The translations under genes and the position numbers were made by a program. The notes beneath the pieces were generated by a model, which was not told the DNA's origin, ran no database searches, and saw only the letters and a list, made by a program, of their open reading frames with translations. Below, one piece after another: positions 1-10,746 of a stretch of 64,000 nucleotides of DNA. Positions within the stretch are counted from its first letter, which is position 1. Each line of letters opens with the position of its first letter. Origin of the DNA: Candidatus Cloacimonadales bacterium (GTDB taxonomy: Bacteria; Cloacimonadota; Cloacimonadia; Cloacimonadales; JAIOQZ01); the NCBI GenBank assembly GCA_963665815.1, contig OY762463.1, positions 2,848,001 to 2,912,000 of the forward strand. The letters run 5' to 3'.

Positions 1-44
1 GGAACCCAGATTACATTGCGAGAGAAATTTGTTTATTCTCATGT

Positions 45-566
45 TTACCACTTTTCAAAAGTATTCTTCATTATCTCATTATATAGTTCGTTGAATATTG
101 CCGTTTGTGCTTCTTCTTCGGATGTCATGATTGTTCCTGAATCTTCTTCTGAAACCTGATTTGCATAATTTCTGGAAATCAATACAGATTTTCCATCCCA
201 GATAACCTTATCCTGAACATTATCGATAACTTTAAGGCTGAATAAAATCGTAACTTTGTATTCTTCCACATTATCACTTTCCGTAAAGGTAAGTACTTCT
301 CTTTTGTAGTCAAGAACTGTGCCTTGTATAGAAACATCCGGACTAACAGACACCAGTTCAAGTTGATTATTTTTTTCAAAATCCTCTACCAGAATATCTG
401 TGAGGTTTTCCTCAATACCAAACTCTTTAGAATCATTACTGAAATCCTCAACTTTGACAGTTTTAAGGTGCGGAAAAGCATTCATATAAACGGAATATGT
501 GCAGCCACCTAAGATAAACAGCAATAATGAAATATATATATAAGCATTTTTTCTCATGAAAAACAT
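45..566 (-). CDS. lptE: LptE-family (LPS assembly) lipoprotein
   Basis: Lipobox ILGGC followed by TYS; 'VEDFSN..E.GIEENLT..L...F' and 'G.V.DY....' pattern typical of LptE. Start may be at 557. Confidence 0.65.
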   Translation of the reverse strand: MFFMRKNAYIYISLLLFILGGCTYSVYMNAFPHLKTVKVEDFSNDSKEFGIEENLTDILVEDFEKNNQLELVSVSPDVSIQGTVLDYKREVLTFTESDNVEEYKVTILFSLKVIDNVQDKVIWDGKSVLISRNYANQVSEEDSGTIMTSEEEAQTAIFNELYNEIMKNTFEKW

Positions 567-743
567 AAAAAATATAAATTTTCTGCTGTCAAGTAAAACT
601 CATAGAATGAGTCACCATTTCAGTATTTACATTGTCTGAAGAAAACAGAATTGATGCTGAATGCTGTAGAGTTTAATGGAAAGAGTTTTTGGCAGACATA
701 CCAAAGAAAATGTCCCGGTCTTTAGAAATTTATATGGAAAATA

Positions 744-765
744 AGCTGCCGGTTGCCCGACAGCT
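744..765. terminator. Hairpin AGCTGCCGG-N4-CCGACAGCT, probable terminator downstream of the AraC gene
   Basis: Inverted repeat seen; similar to the hairpin at 27487-27515. Confidence 0.45.
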
Positions 766-936
766 ATATCTTACGAGAGCTTTACATGATAATAAAAAAC
801 GAGCAACTTTGATGAAAGAAATTCGATGAGATTTCTGAATTCATCAAGAATGTCTTTCTGTGAAGTTCATTTTAAGCTGGAATCTGGTGAATTCTAAAGT
901 CGAGTCAACTACTCCAGTTATGTAAAGTTCTCATTA

Positions 937-1791
937 CTATTTTACAGGTATGTAAATATACATTACAGAATCAGCTTCGCCGAACTTGAACTCATCATTG
1001 TATAGTTCAAATTCATCCGCTTCAGCCATTTCAAAACCTGACTGAGGCAACCATTCAGCGTGAATCTTATGATATGTTTCTCCAAGTGTATCAAGTGCAC
1101 CAATATGTTTGAATACTGCATACTTCTGCTGAGGTAAAGTGTATGCTTCCATTTCAGGATGAATCTCTTCTGCATCACTTACTTTTCTGCACGCCATGTA
1201 CTCAAATTCTGTCTCATCTGTGAAGTTCACATTGGAGACATAAAAACATACACCAAGACATCCAAAGCTCATATCTCGGTTTTTTATTGAGTTTGCTAAC
1301 GGATTAAACTTATTCCATAATTCAGGTATTTTATTTTCTTTTTGTGTTGTTCTACATTTCATTCCTACAACTTTGAATGAGTCTAATGTTTTAATTTCAG
1401 GTTTCACACTTTCTCCTTTTGTTTCTGCAATTGTTAAACGCAATCTATTGAATTTTGCGTAAGTTTTTTTTTCTCTTCGAAGTTTTCCCGGGGTAACATT
1501 GAATTCTTTTTTAAATGCTCTTGTAAAAGACTCCTGAGAATCAAACTGATATTTGCGCGCGATATCAATTATTTTCTTGTTTGTAAAAGTCAGCTCATTT
1601 GCTGCCTCAGTCAATCTTCTTTTACGTATGTATTGTTTTACATTCAGTCCGATAATAGACTGAAAGATTCTATGATAATGAAACAGAGAATAGCAGGATC
1701 TGTCGGATATATCCTCAACAGACATCCTGTCAGTCAGCTTCTTCTCAATATAATGCAGAGATTTGTTTATTATTCTTCTATAATCAAGCAT
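937..1791 (-). CDS. AraC-family transcriptional regulator with C-terminal GyrI-like effector domain
   Basis: N-terminal AraC HTH (YIRKRRLTEAA, FDSQESFTRAFKK, TPG); C-terminal GyrI-like domain (YAVFKHIG, EWLPQSG, FELY). Confidence 0.9.
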   Translation of the reverse strand: MLDYRRIINKSLHYIEKKLTDRMSVEDISDRSCYSLFHYHRIFQSIIGLNVKQYIRKRRLTEAANELTFTNKKIIDIARKYQFDSQESFTRAFKKEFNVTPGKLRREKKTYAKFNRLRLTIAETKGESVKPEIKTLDSFKVVGMKCRTTQKENKIPELWNKFNPLANSIKNRDMSFGCLGVCFYVSNVNFTDETEFEYMACRKVSDAEEIHPEMEAYTLPQQKYAVFKHIGALDTLGETYHKIHAEWLPQSGFEMAEADEFELYNDEFKFGEADSVMYIYIPVK

Positions 1792-1989
1792 TCCAACTCA
1801 TTTTTGTTTTTTTGACTTTTTTTGCTGTATATCACAGCTATAGAGAATGTCAATAAAAATGTAGTTTCCTGGCATGCTTAAATTTTTTGAGTTGACGGAA
1901 TTTGCCCTGAATTTTTTCCAAATCCCGAAAAGATTTTTTCTATCAAAAAAAAGCATCAAGCAAAATCATGATGTTGAAGATGAGGAATA

Positions 1990-3657
1990 ATGAAAAGAGG
2001 TATGGTTCCAAGGTTATTTGAAGTATTCTCAAAGGGATACAGCAAAAAAGATTTGTTGTCTGACTGCTCAGCAGGTGTAATAGTAGGGATAATTGCCCTT
2101 CCCCTTTCAATCGCATTTGCAATAGCTTCCGGTGTAGGACCGGAACAGGGATTGATTACTGCTGTAATTGCCGGATTCATAATTTCATTTCTCGGAGGCA
2201 GTAAAGTTCAAATTGGTGGTCCCACTGGTGCATTTGTTATTATAATCTATGGGATAATCGAAAAATATGGTTTTGATGGGCTCGCTGTTGCCGGTATGCT
2301 CTCCGGAATCCTGCTTGTATTCTTCGGTCTGCTGAAATTCGGTAATGTTATCAAATTTATATCTTATCCTGTTGTTGTTGGCTTCACAACGGGGATTGCA
2401 GTGATTATCTTTACAACCCAGATAAAAGACTTTCTGGGACTTTCAATAGATGATTTACCAGCTGAATTCATTGATAAAATTTCAGTGCTTGCAAGTAACA
2501 TACATTCAATAAACTGGTATTCGCTTTGTCTCGGTATTATAACAATTGTAATTTCAGTAATCTGGTCCAGGTACTTTAAGAAAATCCCCGGATCAATAAT
2601 GGCAATATTCGTAACTACTATTGCAGCTGTAGCCTTTAATCTTCCCGTTGATACTATTGGCAGTCGTTTCGGTAGTGTTCCAAACTCATTTCCTGTTCCG
2701 CACTTTCCACACTTTAATTTTATGCTTGTTAAGCAGATGTTTTTTCCGGCTCTGACAATTGCACTTCTGGCTGGGATAGAATCGCTTCTTTCTGCAGTTG
2801 TGGCAGATGGTATGACAGGAGATAAACATAACTCCAATATGGAACTTGTCGCTCAGGGGGCTGCAAATTTCATATGCCCGATGTTCGGAGGAATTCCGGC
2901 TACAGGAGCTATTGCCAGGACTGCTGCAAACATAAAGAATGGTGGAAAAACTCCAATTTCCGGGATTGTTCATGCTTTATCTGTTCTTTTGATAATGGTT
3001 ATCTTCGGGAAATATGCAGCACTGATCCCGATGTCTACTCTTGCAGGTATTCTTATTATTGTATCATATAATATGAGCGAATATAAACACTTCTTCAAAC
3101 TATTTTCCAGTCCTAAAAGTGATATTCTGGTTTTGCTTACAACATTTCTACTTACAATATTTGCTGATCTCACAATTGCCATCCAGTTCGGAGTTGTAAT
3201 GTCTGCTTTTCTTTTTATGAAGCGTATGGCGGATGTTACAGATTCGAATTTTCTTGGAAGAGATTATTATCATGAAGATGAAGAGTTAATACTAAGCGGA
3301 ATCAGATCTGAAGAGATTCCGAAAGAGATGGAGATATTCGAAGTGAATGGTCCGTTTTTCTTTGGAACTGCTACACTTTTTAAGGATGTACTCCATCAGG
3401 TGAAAGTTAATCCTAAGGTTTTGATACTGAGAATGAGAAAGGTGCCGGCGATAGATGCAACCGGCTTGTCGGCTCTGGAATGGATTATAGATGCCGCCCG
3501 GAAAGAGGGATCACTTCTGATCATATCAGGGATGAATGATCAACCTCATAGTGCTGTTCAGAAAGCAGGTCTCATCGTGAAAATTAAAGAAGAGAACATT
3601 GTAAAAAACATTAATGAAGCAATCAGAAAGGGTAATGAATACTTAAAGAAGCTTTAA
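1990..3657 (+). CDS. SulP/SLC26 anion permease with STAS domain
   Basis: ALPLSIAFAIASG, GGPTGAF, PATGAIARTA motifs; STAS domain GPFFFG...IDATG. Confidence 0.93.
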   Translation: MKRGMVPRLFEVFSKGYSKKDLLSDCSAGVIVGIIALPLSIAFAIASGVGPEQGLITAVIAGFIISFLGGSKVQIGGPTGAFVIIIYGIIEKYGFDGLAVAGMLSGILLVFFGLLKFGNVIKFISYPVVVGFTTGIAVIIFTTQIKDFLGLSIDDLPAEFIDKISVLASNIHSINWYSLCLGIITIVISVIWSRYFKKIPGSIMAIFVTTIAAVAFNLPVDTIGSRFGSVPNSFPVPHFPHFNFMLVKQMFFPALTIALLAGIESLLSAVVADGMTGDKHNSNMELVAQGAANFICPMFGGIPATGAIARTAANIKNGGKTPISGIVHALSVLLIMVIFGKYAALIPMSTLAGILIIVSYNMSEYKHFFKLFSSPKSDILVLLTTFLLTIFADLTIAIQFGVVMSAFLFMKRMADVTDSNFLGRDYYHEDEELILSGIRSEEIPKEMEIFEVNGPFFFGTATLFKDVLHQVKVNPKVLILRMRKVPAIDATGLSALEWIIDAARKEGSLLIISGMNDQPHSAVQKAGLIVKIKEENIVKNINEAIRKGNEYLKKL

Positions 3658-3743
3658 TCCTTAGTGCAATTCGCTGATAGTATAGTCAAATCCGTTTTTG
3701 CAAAATCTTGACATATTTTACGGATCAAATCAAATTGCTGAAT

Positions 3744-4850
3744 ATGAGAAAATTATGTTCTGTTTTGTTGATTATGCTGTTATTTCTGCCACAGGTATTT
3801 GCAGATGATGTGAATACCAAAGAGAAAGAACTGTCCGAAATCCGTAAGAAACTTGAAGAAAACAGACGTAATCTGGAAAAAAACAAGAAAACTAAATCTA
3901 CTAAGGAACAGAACGTAAAAGATTATAAGAGTAAGCTTTCCAAAAATCTCAGACTTCTTAAGAATATCCAGAAGGAACATAATAAAATCGGTTCGAAACT
4001 CAGAACAACAAAGCAAAGAATTTATAATACTGATCAGAAAATGAGTCAGCAGCAAAATCTCTACAGGCAGGAGTTCACAAAACTTTTTTATATTGATCAG
4101 CGTAAAAAGATAGATAACAAGCGGAATGTAGATAACTATCTTATTCTGCATCTTATGAAGCAGACTCATAGTGAAATCCTGGGAACGGAAAAAGAAAAAA
4201 ACTCACTTGCTGCTATGAAGAAAGAGCAGGAAAGACTGGTCAGCAGGACTGAGAAAAAAGCTAAGGAAACTCAAAACAGACAGTATAGATACGAGAAGAA
4301 AATCGGCAGTCTGAAACGGGAACTAACTAAACTGGAGAAAGATGAAGTTAAATACAGACAACTGATTGATCAGCTTGAAGCTAATGCCCGTGAACTGGAA
4401 TCTTTAATCGCTAAATTGAAACTGGACGAAATGGACAGTGATTATTCATTCAAGTTTTCATCAGCTCGATTGAAGTGGCCTTTTAAAGGGAAAATAATTC
4501 GCGGTTATGGTATGTATTCGGATCCGCGGTATAAGACCAAATTCAAAAGTAACGGTATAGACATTAAGGCTGATGTAGGAGAAAATGTGCAATCTGTTGA
4601 TGCCGGAGTTGTCGTATTTGCTGAGTGGTTCGGAAGTTCAGGGAAAGTTGTAATCATAGATCATAAGAACGGATTCCATACACTGTATTCACATAACAGT
4701 AAACTACTCGTCTCTAAAGGGGATGAAGTACAGAAGAATCAGAGAATTGCTTTAACAGGTGATACAGGAAATGTCGACCAGCCTTCCCTTCATTTTGAAA
4801 TAAGAAAAAGCGGTAAACCGATAGATCCAATGCTTTATCTGGAGAAATAA
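3744..4850 (+). CDS. envC: Murein hydrolase activator EnvC-like protein (coiled coil plus M23 domain)
   Basis: Signal peptide, long coiled coil, C-terminal M23/LytM domain (GIDI, IIDH, YSHN, LHFEIR). ATG at 3744 preferred over TTG at 3708, which coincides with a TTGACA box. Confidence 0.75.
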   Translation: MRKLCSVLLIMLLFLPQVFADDVNTKEKELSEIRKKLEENRRNLEKNKKTKSTKEQNVKDYKSKLSKNLRLLKNIQKEHNKIGSKLRTTKQRIYNTDQKMSQQQNLYRQEFTKLFYIDQRKKIDNKRNVDNYLILHLMKQTHSEILGTEKEKNSLAAMKKEQERLVSRTEKKAKETQNRQYRYEKKIGSLKRELTKLEKDEVKYRQLIDQLEANARELESLIAKLKLDEMDSDYSFKFSSARLKWPFKGKIIRGYGMYSDPRYKTKFKSNGIDIKADVGENVQSVDAGVVVFAEWFGSSGKVVIIDHKNGFHTLYSHNSKLLVSKGDEVQKNQRIALTGDTGNVDQPSLHFEIRKSGKPIDPMLYLEK

Positions 4851-5926
4851 TGAAAATAACTAAATCAGATATTAAACACTTTGAGAAAATGAAGAAAATC
4901 CTTCTGGAAAAGAATGATTCAATTTTTATACATCATACCGGTCACGTTCCGGGTTACGGATGTTCAGCTTTCAACGAGAAATCAATAGATAGAATTAACA
5001 TGCTCAAGCTGAGAGATAATGCCAAGGGTTACATTGCTCTTATACCAAATATAAACTGGTTTGAAGAGAACAAAGTTTCTGTTCCGTCAGGTCTGAAGCG
5101 ATTAATGGAGCAATACTGGCCCGGGAACCTGACCATTGTTCTACCAACAGAAATTGAAGCTCTACAGAAAATTGGAATCAACGGGAAAACAGCATTCAGA
5201 GTTCCTACGGGCGTACTTCTCAGAGATTTTCTCAGATATATAGATGTGCCGATAATCAGTACCAGTATAAACAAAAGCAACAGACCTCCGGAAGCAGATA
5301 TTCACGAAGTAATGAAAAACTACTCTAAAAAAGTTGATTTTACATATTTCGATAAGAACGAATATACTGAAGGACCGGAAGCCTCAACCATCATTGGTAT
5401 TGAAGATGGTAAACTGCACTGTTACAGAGAAGAATCTATTCCATATTATGAGATAGAAAAATCGTTCACGGCTCCAAAAGTTCTGTTTGTCTGCACAGGA
5501 AATATCTGCCGTTCACCTATGGCGGAGTATCTTCTTAAAGATATGGCAGAAAAGAATAATATACCGATAACCGTAAAATCAGCCGGGTTCCTGCAGGATG
5601 GTAATCATATATCATTAAACTCTTCTATTTGCCTCAGAGATTATGGCATAGATGCCTCCGGGCATTATTCTACCTCCTTGAACAGAGAGGTAACCAGAAG
5701 CAGCTGGAGAATTATCACCATGACTGCAGGGCATAAGGAAAAACTGTTAGCAGTTGAGCCAAATCTGGCAGGTAAAACATTTACCCTGTCTGAGTTTGCA
5801 GGAGAAGAAGGAGATATTGTTGATCCTTACGGAAAAGACCTGGATGCTTATAAAGAAACTTTTGAGATCATCAGATTCAGAATAGAAAAGATTTTCACAA
5901 AATTGCAAGTTATATATGGTAGTTGA
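4850..5926 (+). CDS. Fusion of a Sua5/YrdC(TsaC)-like domain and a low-molecular-weight protein phosphatase
   Basis: N-terminal KxR, WPGNLT, RVP and STSIN motifs; C-terminal VLFVCTGNICRSPMAE P-loop and DPYG. Confidence 0.85.
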   Translation: MKITKSDIKHFEKMKKILLEKNDSIFIHHTGHVPGYGCSAFNEKSIDRINMLKLRDNAKGYIALIPNINWFEENKVSVPSGLKRLMEQYWPGNLTIVLPTEIEALQKIGINGKTAFRVPTGVLLRDFLRYIDVPIISTSINKSNRPPEADIHEVMKNYSKKVDFTYFDKNEYTEGPEASTIIGIEDGKLHCYREESIPYYEIEKSFTAPKVLFVCTGNICRSPMAEYLLKDMAEKNNIPITVKSAGFLQDGNHISLNSSICLRDYGIDASGHYSTSLNREVTRSSWRIITMTAGHKEKLLAVEPNLAGKTFTLSEFAGEEGDIVDPYGKDLDAYKETFEIIRFRIEKIFTKLQVIYGS

Positions 5927-5944
5927 TGAAATCAACTGTTTTTG
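5922..5944 (+). terminator. Probable intrinsic terminator of the envC-tsaC/phosphatase operon
   Basis: AGTTGAT-GAA-ATCAACT stem followed by a T-run. Confidence 0.45.
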
Positions 5945-6024
5945 CTTTGACCTGGTTGAATTAACCCTCAGTCTCCGATAGAAATCGGAGCCAGCTCCTT
6001 GAGGAAGGAGCACAGGTAGTAAAA
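5940..6024. ncRNA. Unassigned multibranched structured element
   Basis: Closing stem ACCTG/CAGGT enclosing hairpins CTCCGAT/ATCGGAG and GCTCCTT/AAGGAGC; GC-rich island in an AT-rich spacer. Confidence 0.35.
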
Positions 6025-6166
6025 TTGCTGACTATAGATTAAATGTTCATGTTTTCAAAACATATAAGTGATAAAAAGTTTTACATAAAAACTGCAAGTT
6101 TTGTTTTGACATAATTTTAAAGGTTAACTGTTTGGTTTAACATACTAAATACTACAAGGAAATACC

Positions 6167-8377
6167 ATGAAAGAACTGGAAATTACCAAGGACTTACTCA
6201 AAGAACATAGTATTAACGATGAAGAATATCAAAAAATATTAGATACACTGGGAAGAAAACCGACCCTGACGGAACTGGGAATTTTCTCTGTAATGTGGTC
6301 TGAACATGCCAGCTATAAAAACTCTATCAAATATCTGAAAACTTTACCAAAAGACGGTACAGCCGTTCTAACAAAAGCAGGTGAAGAAAACGCAGGTGTT
6401 GTTGATATTGGCGATAATCTGGCAGTATCATTCAAAATCGAATCTCACAATCACCCTTCTGCTCTGGAACCATACCATGGTGCTGCAACAGGTGTTGGCG
6501 GAATCCTCAGAGATATTTTCACTATGGGAGCAAGACCAATTGCTGCCTTGAATTCACTCAGATTCGGTGATCCGGATAATCCTCAGGTAAAACACCTTAT
6601 TCATGGTGTTGTTGATGGTATTGCAGATTACGGTAATTGTTTCGGTGTTCCAACTGTTGGTGGCGAAGTATACTTTGAAAAAAGCTATGAAGGAAATCCA
6701 CTTGTTAACGCTATGGCAGTTGGTGTATTAGAACACGATCATATTGCTAAGGCTGCTGCAGAAGGCGTTGGAAACTATGTTGTTTATGTCGGTGCAAAAA
6801 CAGGTAGAGACGGTATTCATGGTGCTACTTTCGCATCAGTAGAACTTACAGAAGAGTCCGAAGAAAACAGAACAGCTGTTCAGGTTGGTGATCCATTCAT
6901 GGAAAAACTTCTCCTTGAGGCAACTCTGGAAGTAATTCACGGTGGACTGGTTGTAGGTATCCAGGATATGGGTGCAGCAGGGCTAACCTGTTCCAGCAGT
7001 GAAATGGCAGGGAAAACAGATAATGGTATTACTCTTGATGTATCTCTTGTACCTCAGCGTGAAACAGGAATGACAGCTTACGAAATAATGCTCTCCGAAT
7101 CACAGGAAAGAATGCTCCTTGTTGTTGAACCTGAAAAATTCGATGCAGTGGAAGCTGTATTCGATAAATGGGATCTCCATGCTGTGAAAATCGGTGAAGT
7201 AACTGACGACGGTATGCTGAGAGTTCTGGAAAACGGAACACAGGTTGCAGAAATACCTGCTCCTGTACTTGTACTTGGTGGTGACGCTCCTGTTTATGAC
7301 AGAGAGTATACACGACCTGAATATCTTGATGAATGTCATGCATTTGACCAGAACACAACCGAACAGCCTGAAGACCTTAACGAAGTTATGAAAGCTATGA
7401 TCGGCTCAGCTAATATCGCTTCCAAGAAATCAGTATATGAACAATATGACCACATGGTTCAGATTGGTACGGTCGTGGAACCGGGCTCAGATGCTGCAGT
7501 TGTCAGAGTTAAAGGCACAAGAAAAGCTCTTTCGGTCTGTACAGATTGTAACGGAAGACACGTTTATCTTGATCCGTTTGAAGGAACAAAAGGTGCAGTT
7601 GCAGAATCAGCCCGTAACGTAGTATGTTCCGGTGCAAAGCCACTGGCTATTACTAACTGTCTGAACTTTGGTAATCCTTACAAACCAAAAGTATATTATA
7701 CATTCGTAAAGGCTATTGAAGGAATGGGAGCTGCCTGCCGTAAGTTCGATACACCCGTAACAGGCGGAAACGTTTCTTTCTATAACGAAAACCCAAGAGA
7801 TGCCATATATCCAACACCGACAATCGGTATGCTCGGTTATATGGATGATTATGATAAAAAAATCACTTCTGAGTTCAAGAAAATCGGCGATAAAATCGTT
7901 CTTCTCGGAAACAGATGTAACACAATTGGCGGATCAGAATACCTCAAAGAGATACACGACCTTATTACCGGTATGCCGCCTGCAGTTGATCTTGATCTGG
8001 AAAGCAGCCTTTATGACTGTCTTCTTGAGATGAACGACAATAAACTTGTAAAATCAGCTCATGACTGTTCTGACGGCGGTCTGGCAGTTACTCTGGCAGA
8101 AAGTTGTTTTACTCACGATAATCGTTGCCTTGGAGCAGATATTACATTAGATTATAAATACAGAAAAGATATTGAGTTATTCGGTGAAGCACATTCCAGA
8201 ATAGTTATTTCTGCTGATGAAGCTGACCTGAATAGAATCAGTGCTATTGCAGAAAAACACAATATTCCATGCGAAGTAATCGGAGTTGTTACAGAAGACA
8301 CACTCAAGATCAACGATGATATCTGTGTTAAGTCTGCTGAACTGAGAAAAATATTTGAAAGCAGAATAGTACTTTAA
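6167..8377 (+). CDS. purL: Phosphoribosylformylglycinamidine synthase subunit PurL (small type)
   Basis: [54 protein letters not shown] motifs. Confidence 0.97.
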   Translation: MKELEITKDLLKEHSINDEEYQKILDTLGRKPTLTELGIFSVMWSEHASYKNSIKYLKTLPKDGTAVLTKAGEENAGVVDIGDNLAVSFKIESHNHPSALEPYHGAATGVGGILRDIFTMGARPIAALNSLRFGDPDNPQVKHLIHGVVDGIADYGNCFGVPTVGGEVYFEKSYEGNPLVNAMAVGVLEHDHIAKAAAEGVGNYVVYVGAKTGRDGIHGATFASVELTEESEENRTAVQVGDPFMEKLLLEATLEVIHGGLVVGIQDMGAAGLTCSSSEMAGKTDNGITLDVSLVPQRETGMTAYEIMLSESQERMLLVVEPEKFDAVEAVFDKWDLHAVKIGEVTDDGMLRVLENGTQVAEIPAPVLVLGGDAPVYDREYTRPEYLDECHAFDQNTTEQPEDLNEVMKAMIGSANIASKKSVYEQYDHMVQIGTVVEPGSDAAVVRVKGTRKALSVCTDCNGRHVYLDPFEGTKGAVAESARNVVCSGAKPLAITNCLNFGNPYKPKVYYTFVKAIEGMGAACRKFDTPVTGGNVSFYNENPRDAIYPTPTIGMLGYMDDYDKKITSEFKKIGDKIVLLGNRCNTIGGSEYLKEIHDLITGMPPAVDLDLESSLYDCLLEMNDNKLVKSAHDCSDGGLAVTLAESCFTHDNRCLGADITLDYKYRKDIELFGEAHSRIVISADEADLNRISAIAEKHNIPCEVIGVVTEDTLKINDDICVKSAELRKIFESRIVL

Positions 8378-8471
8378 GAAATCTGGTAAAGACTGGTTGG
8401 TTCGAGTTCATTATTGTACTTAATCAAACGGTTTTTACAGATAAGCTTAGCACAAGCTTGTATAAATACAG

Positions 8472-8493
8472 AACCACCCGTAAGGGTGGTTTT
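8472..8493 (+). terminator. Intrinsic terminator
   Basis: AACCACCC-GTAA-GGGTGGTT followed by Ts. Confidence 0.8.
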
Positions 8494-8592
8494 GTTTGTA
8501 ATTACCTACAATTAAATATGTTGACATAGACTTACATTGAGTTTATATATGTCTATAAGTTTAAACTACTGTTAGATACGAAGGAAAAGCTT

Positions 8593-10107
8593 ATGAGAAG
8601 ACAATTTATGACTATTTTAATTACTTTTTGCACATTTTGTATCTCAGCACATTGGAATGAAGTGCAGAAATTAATAACATCAGATGGGGCTTTCGAAGAC
8701 TATGCAGGACATTCGGTTTCTATACATGGAGATTTTGCAATACTTGGTGCTCCGGAAGATGATGATGATGGAGATGAATCCGGTTCTGCGTATATATTTC
8801 ATTTCGATGGGACTAATTGGATTGAGCAGCAGAAGTTATTGGCATCTGATGGAGCTGTGGATAAATATTTTGGTACAGCCGTTTCGATATATGGTAACTT
8901 TGCTGTCGTGGGAGCAATTGGGGATATTGAGAATGGGTTTAACACCGGATCAGTATACATATATCATTATGATGGAACAAATTGGACAGAATATCAGAAG
9001 ATTTTGGCATCTGACGGAGTTGCCAGCGATAACTTTGGAGATGCTGTCTCAATAAACAATGACTACATCGTTGTTGGAGCTTATGGAGACGATAACAATG
9101 GTGCTTCTTCAGGTTCGATTTATATCTTTCATTATGATGGTTCAAGCTGGGTAGAGCAGCAGAGAATACTGGCAAATGATGGAGCTGCAAATGATGTGTT
9201 TGGCTGTTCTGTTTCTATTGATGGCAATTATATTGCAGTAGGTGCATCAGGGGATGAAAATACCTGGAGAAGATCCGGTTCGGTATATATCTATAACCAT
9301 GATGGTTCAAACTGGGTTTTTCAGCAAAAGATAACAGCCTCAGACGCTTTTCTTGATGATTTCTTCGGTGTTTCGGTCTCAATTTCGGGAAGCCGAGTAC
9401 TTGTTGGATCATACGGTGATGATGATAATGGTGTTAATTCAGGATCAGCATACTTTTACAAATTTAACGGAATAAGCTGGGTAGAGGAGCAGAAGATAAC
9501 AGCATCTGATGGAGACTCAACAGATCAGTTCGGTGATGCAGTTGCTCTTTATGGCGATAATGCTGTCATTGGTGCTCCTGAAGATGAAGAATATGGATAT
9601 TCCTCAGGTTCTGCATATGTTTTTCGTTTCAACGGTAATAATTGGATTGAGCAGCAAAAAATCAATCCCGCAGATGCATCCGGAAATGATGAATTCGGAT
9701 TTGCAATTTCGATTCATGAAAATAATGTGATTGCCGGAGCACACAAATGTGATGATCATGCAAGTCATTCCGGAGCAGCATACATATTCTATAATGATGG
9801 TGTTGCTATAGAGGGCGAAGAAATAGATGTTATTTCTGAAAACTTGAGTGTTTACCCCAATCCATTCAACCCGGAAACAAATATAGATTACTCTGTTAAA
9901 GAGCAAACCATTGTAAATGTTTCAGTATATAACTTGAAGGGACAGCGAGTGAAGACTTTGGTGGACAGATCCGTTTCTACGGGTGATCATAAAGTTGTCT
10001 GGCATGGGGATTCCGATTCTGGAACCTCTGTATCATCCGGTGTTTACTTTGTGAAGATGACTACAGGTAACCACATAGAAACACGTAAGATAGTGCTGAT
10101 GAAGTAA
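8593..10107 (+). CDS. Secreted FG-GAP (integrin-alpha-like beta-propeller) repeat protein with FlgD-Ig/T9SS-type C-terminal domain
   Basis: Signal peptide; about 7 repeats of 'D.FG.AVSI.G..AVVGA..DD..G..SGSAYIF...W.EQQK..ASDG'; tail YPNPFNPET...SGVYF...KIVLMK. Confidence 0.88.
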   Translation: MRRQFMTILITFCTFCISAHWNEVQKLITSDGAFEDYAGHSVSIHGDFAILGAPEDDDDGDESGSAYIFHFDGTNWIEQQKLLASDGAVDKYFGTAVSIYGNFAVVGAIGDIENGFNTGSVYIYHYDGTNWTEYQKILASDGVASDNFGDAVSINNDYIVVGAYGDDNNGASSGSIYIFHYDGSSWVEQQRILANDGAANDVFGCSVSIDGNYIAVGASGDENTWRRSGSVYIYNHDGSNWVFQQKITASDAFLDDFFGVSVSISGSRVLVGSYGDDDNGVNSGSAYFYKFNGISWVEEQKITASDGDSTDQFGDAVALYGDNAVIGAPEDEEYGYSSGSAYVFRFNGNNWIEQQKINPADASGNDEFGFAISIHENNVIAGAHKCDDHASHSGAAYIFYNDGVAIEGEEIDVISENLSVYPNPFNPETNIDYSVKEQTIVNVSVYNLKGQRVKTLVDRSVSTGDHKVVWHGDSDSGTSVSSGVYFVKMTTGNHIETRKIVLMK

Positions 10108-10746
10108 TGCAAGATTTTTCGAAATCTTCGGTATTTGCGTCGCAAGTTTTCCCGATTCTTCGGAACTCAACCAACTTAACCTATTGATATTTAATAACAT
10201 GATCGTTCCCTGAGTCCCGATAAAGTCGGGAAAGGGAATATGCTGTTAACAAAAGAAACGACAAAAATTACGTTTTTACACAGTCTGTCAGCATGACAGA
10301 AAAAAATTTTGAGAGACGTCTGTTTGGGTGTCACTTATGTGACAGAGAACAGTATCTGAATGCAAAGCCGGATTGTACGGTTCCACCTGACAGTGAGCCT
10401 ACCCCATATTCTGTACCAAGTCTAAGTTTAGTAAATTTGGGTTATTCTGTTAGATTTTGTTTTCATATTGATAAAAATATCTGAAATAATTCCAACATTT
10501 GATAGAGTAATATCAACATTAGTTATATCAGCCCAATAATTGAATCTATTGTATGTAATCAAGGTTGGAAGAAAACGGAACAATGATTAGTGTTCCCTAC
10601 AAGTGTCATAGTTTGCTACGTAAAAAAACATTTTCATTCAAATCTTCAATTTTCTCCTGACCAGACAAATCTTTTTCTTTACATTATAATTGCGAGAAAT
10701 AATCATTACGTAATAAATAAACTCTATACATTATAAGGAGATTTTC

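Noticed and set aside
10293-10484. 63-aa ORF, and a c-di-GMP-riboswitch-like GCAAAGCC...TGACAG fragment
   Set aside because: The ORF has no SD or recognisable motif; the GEMM P1 (GGCAAA..GAAA..GAC) is missing.
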